Assembly: GCA_041500405.1 (NCBI GenBank)
Contig: JBGQMB010000008.1
Span: 1 to 27,548 of the forward strand
Source: Candidatus Micrarchaeia archaeon
GTDB taxonomy: Archaea; Micrarchaeota; Micrarchaeia; Anstonellales; J096
Reading direction: 5' to 3'
Length of the DNA: 27,548 nucleotides
Positions 17,403 through 24,571 of this stretch are shown here, in pieces (within the stretch, counting starts at the first letter, position 1; each line of letters opens with the position of its first letter). The notes below the pieces were generated by a model. It was not told where the DNA came from. It saw nothing but the letters and a program-made list of their open reading frames with translations, and ran no database searches. The position numbers were made by a program, and so were the translations under genes.

Positions 17403-18242
17403 CTAAATATTTGTCCCGGTCTTTTCCGACTCTGTCTGGTCCTCAAGCTCTTCTATCGTAGTTGGAAGGAACCTCTCCCACTCAAACGCCTTGAGCATCT
17501 CATCCCCGGTAAGGAGGTCTGTCTCGCAGTTGAATGAGTTTGACAGGAGCGTGCCGAGCTTGTCCGCGGCGTTCTTTACCCTTGCCACGGCCTCGTCCTT
17601 CGTTATTCCCGTATCAGTGACCATTGCGTAGAGCACGACCTTCATGGGCCTGAGCCCCTTGCTTAGCTGGTTTATCATGCCCTCAAAATAGGCAATCTGC
17701 CTTTCGAACTGGTTTATCCTGAGCACGTCCGGCTCGCTCTTCTCCCTTTCCTTCTGGAGCTTGAGCTGGGCCTCGGCCTTCTGCGTCTCCAGCTTTTTCC
17801 TGTCGTTGGAGATGTCCACCGCGTGCATCGCATACGAAATCTTGACGACCTTCTTGAACTGGGTCATGGCCATCTCGAACTGCTTGTTGTATGAGACCAT
17901 CTCGCCCTCTTCCCTTTCCAGCGCGGACTGGTATATCTTCATGCCAAGGAAGGCGGACGCATAGTAAACGCCGTTCTGCGCCTTCTTGACTATGGTGTCC
18001 TGCGCCGGCGGTATCTCGTAGCCGGTGTCAGTGACAACTACTGTCTTGGTCTTCTGGGTTATCATGGGCACAACAAGGTATCCCATTTTTATGAAAATCG
18101 CCGCGCCTATGGCGCCAAGGCCGGCAAGCGCGCCGCCTATCATTGAGAATATTCCGCCCCCTGTGGCTATAGACACCAATGCGCCCACGGCTCCTATGCC
18201 GATTGAGACGAGCGCAAGGTTTTTGTTCGAGACTTCTACCAT
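17403..18242 (-). CDS. Membrane protein (2 N-terminal TMs) with coiled-coil-containing soluble domain, possibly VirB3/PrgI-like fused to a VirB4 N-terminal-like domain (279 aa)
   Basis: Gly-rich TM hairpin, then an alpha/beta domain with a helical hairpin; AGGAGA RBS; 8 nt upstream of the ATPase. The family assignment is inference. Confidence 0.7.
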   Translation of the reverse strand: MVEVSNKNLALVSIGIGAVGALVSIATGGGIFSMIGGALAGLGAIGAAIFIKMGYLVVPMITQKTKTVVVTDTGYEIPPAQDTIVKKAQNGVYYASAFLGMKIYQSALEREEGEMVSYNKQFEMAMTQFKKVVKISYAMHAVDISNDRKKLETQKAEAQLKLQKEREKSEPDVLRINQFERQIAYFEGMINQLSKGLRPMKVVLYAMVTDTGITKDEAVARVKNAADKLGTLLSNSFNCETDLLTGDEMLKAFEWERFLPTTIEELEDQTESEKTGTNI

Positions 18243-18335
18243 TATATCTCCTCTCTTGAATTTTAAATGATGACTTTTAAATGCTTTCCTATTTTCTCCG
18301 AATATGAAATGGTTTTTTATGAGAAGAAGTGTTCA

Positions 18336-19625
18336 TCATTTCCTGGCTTTCTGCTCAGCCTTCTTCTTTTCCTCTTCCTGGGCCTCTTCCATCTCATCCG
18401 CAAGCCTGTTGGTCTCTATGCTTCCCTTGAGCATCATCATGCCTGCCGCGTTTATCCCTATCGTTATGATTATCAGCGCGGTCGCGATGTCCGGGAAAAG
18501 GGAGAACTGACTCTGCGCCCCTGCGCTTCCCCCAAGCTTGGTTATGAGTATGAACGGAAGGAATGCCATGACCGCGAAGTCCAGGCCCCTTGCCTGCATA
18601 ACCGTTATGACGGCGGCGTGCCTTGAGATTTTGCTTCTCCAGGTCGTTATGTAAGCCGCCACTGTCCTTGCGGCGAACAGCGCGCCTGCCGCGACCGCCG
18701 CAATCGTAAGGACCTTTACGCTTCCGAGGCTGACCATTGTTCCCAGGTATATGAAGAACAGCGTGTTTATGAAAAATGAGATCTCTGCCTGGAACCTTGC
18801 GGTTGCGACATCATCGTCTATCTCGCCCAGCTTCAGCATATTGCCTATGTTTTTCCTGTTGCCCAGCACTATGCCGTATGACAGCGCGGCGATGACTCCG
18901 CTTCCGCCGAGGTAGTCTGACGCAAGGTATAAGACCAACAAGACCGCTATTGTCAGCATGTACGAGTAGTCTATGTTCTCCCTTGTCTTTGCAAGGAAAA
19001 CGACTGTCAGCACGCCCACCATCACGCCCAGCACCAGGCCTATCGAAAGCGAGGACACAAGCGTCTTTCCGGCGCTTTGCAGGTCAAAGGAGTGCGAAAG
19101 GAACGAGGAGACAAGGATGACCGCAACGATGATGCATATCGCGTCGTTGGATGACGACTCTATGACAAAGAACTGCTTCAGCCGATTTCCCACGTTGAAC
19201 TTCTTTGCGAGCGGTATCACTATCTGCGACGCCGTGTTCGCCGCTATGACGCCGAATATTGCGCCAACCCAATAGTCAAATCCGAAGGCGTACTTGAGCG
19301 CAAGCGCGCACGCAACGGCAGAAAAAAGGACGGAGAATATCGACATCAGCAGCGCCCTGCCGGACTTGTGGATGACCGCGAAAATGTCAAGCTCCATGCC
19401 CGATTCGAACAATATGAAAACGATTGTAAGCGTTCCAAGGAAAAGCTTAAGGTCGTCGTATTGCGCGAAGTTGAGGTAACCGAGCGCCGAAGGCCCAAGC
19501 ACAAACCCTATCGCAATCAGGATTAGGACATGCGGCAATCCCAGTTTCCTGAATATCATGTCCGCTATGAATCCGAGGAACACAATTGCCGAAACAGCCA
19601 GCAAAAGCGTCGTTGTCAGGTCCAT
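18336..19625 (-). CDS. Cation:proton antiporter (CPA/NhaP-like)
   Basis: About 12-13 hydrophobic helices; LPHVLILIAIGFVLGP, ILFESGMELD, IESSSNDA, QARGL. Start moved to ATG 19625 (MDLTTT). Confidence 0.9.
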   Translation of the reverse strand: MDLTTTLLLAVSAIVFLGFIADMIFRKLGLPHVLILIAIGFVLGPSALGYLNFAQYDDLKLFLGTLTIVFILFESGMELDIFAVIHKSGRALLMSIFSVLFSAVACALALKYAFGFDYWVGAIFGVIAANTASQIVIPLAKKFNVGNRLKQFFVIESSSNDAICIIVAVILVSSFLSHSFDLQSAGKTLVSSLSIGLVLGVMVGVLTVVFLAKTRENIDYSYMLTIAVLLVLYLASDYLGGSGVIAALSYGIVLGNRKNIGNMLKLGEIDDDVATARFQAEISFFINTLFFIYLGTMVSLGSVKVLTIAAVAAGALFAARTVAAYITTWRSKISRHAAVITVMQARGLDFAVMAFLPFILITKLGGSAGAQSQFSLFPDIATALIIITIGINAAGMMMLKGSIETNRLADEMEEAQEEEKKKAEQKARK

Positions 19626-19642
19626 AATGGAGGATTGGCGCA

Positions 19643-19655
19643 ATTTATTTAAAAA
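19643..19655. promoter_or_regulatory. Shared bidirectional TATA element for the antiporter and sod genes
   Basis: ATTTATTTAAAAA near the middle of a 52-bp gap between divergent ATGs at 19625 and 19678, about 20-30 nt from each. Confidence 0.6.
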
Positions 19656-19677
19656 GATTGTCATAAAACGCCAATAT

Positions 19678-20250
19678 ATGGCATATCCGCAGAAAAACTT
19701 CGACGGCCTTTTGGGGCTGAATGGTTTCAGCGAAGCGCTCCTGAAAACCCATTTTGCGCTTTACAGCGGCTATGTCGCAAATGCGAACAAGCTGGCTGAC
19801 GCGCTTTTGGCAATGTCCAAGGAAGGAAAAACTTCAACCCCGGAATACGCCGAATTGAAGCGCAGGTTCGGCTGGGAATTCAACGGCATGAGGCTCCATG
19901 AGCTGTATTTTGGGAACCTGGCAAAGGGCGGGGCGAAGATGCCTTCTTCTTTTGCGAAAATGATTTCCTCGGAGTTTGGCTCAGTTGAAGGCTGGGAAAG
20001 CGACTTCAGGGCGACTGGCGCGATGAGGGGCATCGGCTGGGCTGTCCTATATTATGATAAGGCCGGAAAAAGGCTTTTCAACTGCTGGATAAACGAGCAC
20101 GATGCGGGCCATCTTTCCGGATGCGTCCCAATCCTGGTGATGGACGTTTTCGAGCACGCTTATATGCTGGACTATGGGACAAAAAAAGCTGATTACATAT
20201 CAGCGTTCTTCAGGAACATAGACTGGAAGGAATCTGAATCCAGGCTTTAG
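19678..20250 (+). CDS. sod: Fe/Mn superoxide dismutase family protein
   Basis: Ligand motifs KTHFALYSGYV, NGMRLHELYF, DVFEHAYMLDYG; GIGWAVL. Start moved to ATG 19678. Confidence 0.9.
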   Translation: MAYPQKNFDGLLGLNGFSEALLKTHFALYSGYVANANKLADALLAMSKEGKTSTPEYAELKRRFGWEFNGMRLHELYFGNLAKGGAKMPSSFAKMISSEFGSVEGWESDFRATGAMRGIGWAVLYYDKAGKRLFNCWINEHDAGHLSGCVPILVMDVFEHAYMLDYGTKKADYISAFFRNIDWKESESRL

Positions 20251-20264
20251 GCCCTTTCTTTCGT

Positions 20265-20308
20265 AAGGGAACCAAGGTCCCCTTGGAGCTTTTTAGAAAA
20301 AAGCTCCA
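20265..20308. repeat. Two adjacent inverted repeats between convergent genes (terminator or REP-like)
   Basis: AAGGGAACC-AA-GGTCCCCTT (20265-20284, one mismatch) and TGGAGCTTTTT-AGA-AAAAAGCTCCA (20284-20308, perfect 11 bp). Confidence 0.7.
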
Positions 20309-20381
20309 GCAAAAAACGGCTTGACGCTCAACCTTCCTTTCATTTGGCGCCTGGGAAAGAAAAACAGAGTGAGTGCTTCAT

Positions 20382-21551
20382 TCACGCCCTCTTATAGATA
20401 TGGACGACTGACGTTGCGCCGCTTCCGCCAACATTCTGGCTAAGCCCGTATTTCAGGTCCTTCACCTGCCTTTTTTCCGCGTCTCCCCTTAGCTGCATCG
20501 TTATCTCCACAGCCTGCTTTATGCCGGTCGCCCCGACCGGGTGTCCCGCGGCTTTCAATCCTCCGCTGCTGTTGACAACAAGGTCTCCGCCGAAAGTGGT
20601 CCTGCCGTCAACAACCGCCTTTGCGCCTTCTCCTGCCTTGAAGAAACCCAAATCCTCTGTTGCGATTACTTCCGCAACAGTGAAGCAGTCATGGACCTCG
20701 GCCAGCTGGATGTCCTTTGGCGTTAGCCCTGCCTGCTTGTACGCCGCCTTTGCGGCTATCTTCGTCGCGTTTATGCTTGTGAGCGATTGCCTGTCCGCCA
20801 GCCCTATCGTGTCGGACGCCTGCGCCGACGCCATTATCTCTATCGGCTTTTTTGTGTAGCTCTCCGCCATGTCCAACGGGCACAATATCACGTCCGCAGC
20901 GCCGTCCGTGATTGGCGACGCGTCAAAAACCTTTATCGGCGATGCGATGACCTTTGATTTCATGACTGTTTCTATGGTTATCTCATTCTGGTATTGTGCA
21001 TACGGGTTCATGCTTCCGTGCCTGTGGTTCTTCACTGCAACAGCCGCGAACTCCTCCTCCGTTGCGCCGTACTCCATCATGTACTTTCTCATCATCAGCG
21101 CATAGAGCGACGGAAACGTCGCGCCCATGAACAGCTCCCATTCCTGGTCCCCTGCGCCTCCCAATATTTCCGTAACGTCCGCTGTTGACAAATCCGTCAT
21201 CTTCTCAACGCCGCCAACAACGACTATGTCGTGGATGCCAGAGGCAACGGAGATGAATCCCTGCCTCAATGCAAGGCCCCCTGATGCGCATGCCCCCTCA
21301 ATCCTTGTGATGGGAATTGGATTAAGCCCAAGATAATCCGCAAGAAGCGCGCCAAGGTGCTCCTGGCCCGCGAAGTTGCCTGCGGCCATGTTGCCCACAT
21401 ATCCGGCGTCAATCTGCTCGCCGCGGATGCCTGCGTCTGCAACGGCCTTCAGCCCGGCCTCTAGCGCAAGGTCCCTTAGGCCCTTTTCCCAGTGCTCCCC
21501 GAACTTCGTGATGCCGATTCCTATGATGGCTACCTTCCTGTGAGCGTGCAT
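20382..21551 (-). CDS. Archaeal-type acetyl-CoA acetyltransferase (thiolase)
   Basis: KVAIIGIGITKFG, catalytic EGACASGG, VGGVEKM, SPITDGAA, EVHDCF, NSSGGLKAAGHPVGATG. Start moved to ATG 21551, with TTTAAAAA about 25 nt upstream. Confidence 0.93.
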   Translation of the reverse strand: MHAHRKVAIIGIGITKFGEHWEKGLRDLALEAGLKAVADAGIRGEQIDAGYVGNMAAGNFAGQEHLGALLADYLGLNPIPITRIEGACASGGLALRQGFISVASGIHDIVVVGGVEKMTDLSTADVTEILGGAGDQEWELFMGATFPSLYALMMRKYMMEYGATEEEFAAVAVKNHRHGSMNPYAQYQNEITIETVMKSKVIASPIKVFDASPITDGAADVILCPLDMAESYTKKPIEIMASAQASDTIGLADRQSLTSINATKIAAKAAYKQAGLTPKDIQLAEVHDCFTVAEVIATEDLGFFKAGEGAKAVVDGRTTFGGDLVVNSSGGLKAAGHPVGATGIKQAVEITMQLRGDAEKRQVKDLKYGLSQNVGGSGATSVVHIYKRA

Positions 21552-21617
21552 GCGTCCTTTGTCGGACGTCTTGTTTTTAAATGTTGGAGAGGCGAACTTC
21601 GTCATCTGCCTAAGATC

Positions 21618-21640
21618 CTTTTTCTTCAGAGAAGAAAAAG
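21618..21640. repeat. Perfect inverted repeat in the divergent intergenic region
   Basis: CTTTTTCTTC-AGA-GAAGAAAAAG (10-bp stem). Confidence 0.75.
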
Positions 21641-21760
21641 TCTTCACCCCAAAAGAAGCTACTATTGGTCGCTGAGGCGACAATAAGCCCCTGGGTTCAA
21701 AAGAAAGCATTTTGCCGCCTGCCGGCGCTATTTTTAACCCCTTTGCCGCATAATAAAGCC

Positions 21761-22324
21761 ATGCAGGAAAGGAAGGGCTTGCTCAGGCGCGCGCTTGAGA
21801 GGATGCATATCATAAAACGCATCAAGGAGCCAGCGCCAAGCGAAAAACCGCATATTTCCGAGGAAGAACAGAAAAGGCTGAACAACGAACTGCTCAGGGC
21901 CGCGAACATCGGCGATAATGCAGGCATTGAACGGCTGCTCAAAAAAGGCGCAAGCATCAATGCAAAGGACAATGACGGCTGGACCGCGCTCATGTGGGCC
22001 GCAGCGAGTGGACACACCCCAGCCTGCGCCTTCCTTCTTGAAAAGGGCGCAAATCTCGAGGCAACGGACAAAGACGGCTGGACCGCGCTCATGTTTGCCG
22101 CATACTGCGGACACGCCCAAACCTGCGCTTTGCTGATTGAAAAAGGCGCGGACGTAAACGCGAAGGCAGAAGAAAAAGGAGCTTGGAAGGGCAAGACCGC
22201 ATCCTCAATCGCCGAAGCAAACGACAAAAGGGAAACGGCCGCATTCCTCAAGTCCATGGAATGGCTTATCGGCATGACCGAAAACGCGTTCATGAAGCCG
22301 TTCGGCGAGTGCCTTGCCCGATAG
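21761..22324 (+). CDS. Ankyrin-repeat protein (Ank2), MQERK leader, C-terminal FMKPFGEC motif (187 aa)
   Basis: DNDGWTALMWAAASGH, DKDGWTALMFAAYCGH, GKTASSIAE. Start ATG 21761 set by homology with Ank3/Ank4 and the upstream TTTTTAA. Confidence 0.93.
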   Translation: MQERKGLLRRALERMHIIKRIKEPAPSEKPHISEEEQKRLNNELLRAANIGDNAGIERLLKKGASINAKDNDGWTALMWAAASGHTPACAFLLEKGANLEATDKDGWTALMFAAYCGHAQTCALLIEKGADVNAKAEEKGAWKGKTASSIAEANDKRETAAFLKSMEWLIGMTENAFMKPFGECLAR

Positions 22325-22407
22325 CGGCTGTCTGTAATCCTGCGAGGGCTTTGTAGTGGGGAACATTAACCGTAATATTTAAAAAATGGTAGGCACTACA
22401 ATGTGGC

Positions 22408-23325
22408 ATGGCGTTCATAAGGAAAAAGAGAAAGGGCAACACTTACTACTACGAGCTTGTCGAAAGCAGGCGCATCGGAGGAAAAGTGGTGCAGAAGGCG
22501 CTTGAGTATTTTCCAACACTGCAGGCTGCGGAGGCGTACGCGGAAAAGCACGGGATTGGCATGCCTGCGCATGAGGAAGAGTGGATGGACGCGCCGCTGC
22601 GCAGGGCGCTGGAAACAAAGCTGAAAAAGCTCAACGCCGTGCGGCCGCTTCCGCCGGCCGCCCTTGCGCGCCTCAGGGAAAAGTTTGAGGTTGACATGAC
22701 CTACAATTCCAATGCGATAGAGGGAAACAGGCTCAGCCTCCGCGAGACGTGGCTTGTGCTGACCAAAGGCATGACTGTGCGGGGCAAGTCCGTGAAAGAG
22801 CATCTTGAGGCCACCAACCACCGGGAGGCGATAGAGCTGCTTGAAAGGCTCGCCGATTCAAGAAAAAGAATTACTGAGGCGGACGTGCTGGGCCTTCACG
22901 CAATCATACTGGACAAGATAGACCCAATCAATGCAGGCTTTTACAGGCACGAAAGCGTTTTCATACAAGGCTCAAGGCTTCAGCTTCCGAAATGGAGGGA
23001 CGTGCCGGGGCTCATGAAAATGGTATATAAACAGCTGAACGACGGAAGCAAAGGCGCAAAGGCCGTGTATTCCGCAATAGCAGTCCATCATGGCGTGGCA
23101 AGGATACACCCGTTTGTTGATGGGAACGGGAGGCTTGCGCGCCTTCTGATGAACCTGCGGCTGATGCGCGCCGGGTTCCCGCCGACAATCCTGCGGAAGG
23201 AGGAAAGGCGGGCATACTATTCGGCGCTTGAGAAGGCGGACGGCGGGGATTTCCGGGCGCTGGCAATGCTGATAGGGAAAGATATAGAAAGGGCAATCGA
23301 CAGCTACATCGAGGCCGCAGAATAG
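22408..23325 (+). CDS. Fic family protein (class II-type, canonical AMPylation motif) with basic N-terminal beta domain
   Basis: HPFVDGNGRLAR (23107-23142); inhibitory-helix motif SNAIEGN (22708-22728); N-terminus MAFIRKKRKGNTYYYELVESRRIGGKVVQK. Confidence 0.93.
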   Translation: MAFIRKKRKGNTYYYELVESRRIGGKVVQKALEYFPTLQAAEAYAEKHGIGMPAHEEEWMDAPLRRALETKLKKLNAVRPLPPAALARLREKFEVDMTYNSNAIEGNRLSLRETWLVLTKGMTVRGKSVKEHLEATNHREAIELLERLADSRKRITEADVLGLHAIILDKIDPINAGFYRHESVFIQGSRLQLPKWRDVPGLMKMVYKQLNDGSKGAKAVYSAIAVHHGVARIHPFVDGNGRLARLLMNLRLMRAGFPPTILRKEERRAYYSALEKADGGDFRALAMLIGKDIERAIDSYIEAAE

Positions 23326-23341
23326 CGCCAAGGCGGGCAAC

Positions 23342-23395
23342 TAGCGTTTTTTAAACAGTTGCGGACACAACAAAGCCATGCAGGAAAGGAAGCCG
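23342..23395 (+). repeat. 54-bp exact direct repeat, copy 1 (TATA box, start codon and first codons of Ank3)
   Basis: TAGCGTTTTTTAAACAGTTGCGGACACAACAAAGCCATGCAGGAAAGGAAGCCG, identical to 24047-24100. Confidence 0.95.
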
Positions 23396-23989
23396 TTGCT
23401 CAGGCGCGCACTTGAGAAACTGCACATAAGAAAACGCATCAAGGAGCCGGCGCCAAGCGAAAAGCCGGCATTATCTGCAGAAAAGCAGAATCAGCTCAAT
23501 TATGGCCTGCTGAAAGCCGCAAGGAACGGCGACAACGAAGAAATAGGCCGGCTCCTCAAAAAGGGCGCAAGCATCGAGGCAACGGACAAAAACGGCAATA
23601 CCGCGCTCATGCATGCCGCAACGTACGGAAACACCGAAACCTGCGCCTTCCTGCTTGATCATGGCGCAAAACTCGAGGCAAAGGACATCTTCGGCAGGAC
23701 CGCGCTCATGTGCGCCGCAGAGAACGGACGCACCCCAACCTGCGAATTCCTGCTTGAAAAAGGCGCAAGCATCGAGGCAACGGACAACGACGGCTGGACC
23801 GCGCTCATGCATGCCGCACAGAACGGATACACCCAAACCTGCGCTTTGCTGATTGAAAAAGGCGCAGATGTGAACGCGAAGATTGAAAAAGGAGATCATA
23901 AGGGCATGACCGCGTCCTCAATCGCCGAAGCATACGGCAACGAAAAAACGGCAGCATTCCTCAAGTCCATGGAAACATTGCAGGGCTGA
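23378..23989 (+). CDS. Ankyrin-repeat protein (Ank3), close paralog of Ank2; probably prematurely terminated (frame continues to 24049)
   Basis: Three full internal repeats (GNTALMHAA, GRTALMCAA, GWTALMHAA). After TGA 23987-23989 the same frame reads IGKEEVQGFLSDFRACLGK*. Confidence 0.92.
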   Translation: MQERKPLLRRALEKLHIRKRIKEPAPSEKPALSAEKQNQLNYGLLKAARNGDNEEIGRLLKKGASIEATDKNGNTALMHAATYGNTETCAFLLDHGAKLEAKDIFGRTALMCAAENGRTPTCEFLLEKGASIEATDNDGWTALMHAAQNGYTQTCALLIEKGADVNAKIEKGDHKGMTASSIAEAYGNEKTAAFLKSMETLQG

Positions 23990-24046
23990 ATTGGCAAGGA
24001 AGAGGTGCAGGGTTTCCTCTCTGATTTTAGGGCATGCCTCGGAAAA

Positions 24047-24100
24047 TAGCGTTTTTTAAACAGTTGCGGACACAACAAAGCCATGCAGGAAAGGAAGCCG
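24047..24100 (+). repeat. 54-bp exact direct repeat, copy 2 (promoter/start of Ank4)
   Basis: Identical to 23342-23395. Confidence 0.95.
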
Positions 24101-24571
24101 CTCCAAGGGAATGTTCCAGCAGAGAAACCAGCGAAGCATAATGTCAATATTGCGCCAAGCGAGAAGCCAAAATTATCAGCAGAAGAACAGAACCGGCTCA
24201 ACGATGCGCTTCTCGAAGCCGTACGGAATAACGAAAAAAATGAGATAGAAAGACTCATCAAGAAAGGCGCTGACATTGCCGCAAAAGGCGATGACAGTTG
24301 GACTGCCCTTCACTGGGCTGCGGGTTACGGATTAACAGAAATCTGCGCCCTGCTTTTAGAACAATACGCAAAGGCAGGCGGAAACATAAAGGAGCTAATC
24401 ACCGCAAAAGGCAGTTTGTTCGGCTGGACACCCCTAGACTGGGCTTCAAAGAGAAGGGGCGCCAAAACCGCGCAGTTTCTTGCAGTCAAATTGCTTGAAG
24501 CAACATTTGGAAATGAAACGGCGGCCGCCTTCATGAAATCCTTCAACGAGTGCATCTCGGATGGTGGCTGA
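24083..24571 (+). CDS. Ankyrin-repeat protein (Ank4), MQERK leader, YAKAGG insert, C-terminal FMKSFNEC motif
   Basis: SWTALHWAAGYG, GWTPLDWA; LSAEEQNRLNDALLEA capping segment shared with Ank2/Ank3. Confidence 0.9.
   Translation: MQERKPLQGNVPAEKPAKHNVNIAPSEKPKLSAEEQNRLNDALLEAVRNNEKNEIERLIKKGADIAAKGDDSWTALHWAAGYGLTEICALLLEQYAKAGGNIKELITAKGSLFGWTPLDWASKRRGAKTAQFLAVKLLEATFGNETAAAFMKSFNECISDGG

Noticed and set aside
21663..21705. tRNA-like fragment (small hairpin followed by CTGGGTTCAA)
   Set aside because: No pairing T-stem, acceptor stem or cloverleaf
10931..21760. Extended starts in the ORF track (10931 GT4, 19664 antiporter, 19558 sod, 21710 thiolase, 21665 Ank2)
   Set aside because: The extensions overlap neighbours or promoters; family N-termini and TATA spacing support the downstream ATGs
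23987..23989. Genome-wide TGA reassignment or selenocysteine
   Set aside because: TGA terminates many genes here, including TGA-ATG junctions at 4238/4239 and 24571/24572; the position is not a Cys in paralogs and no SECIS was recognised
23342..24100. CRISPR array or integron attC sites
   Set aside because: Only two copies, 705 bp apart, containing a promoter and start codon; not palindromic; no cas or integrase gene
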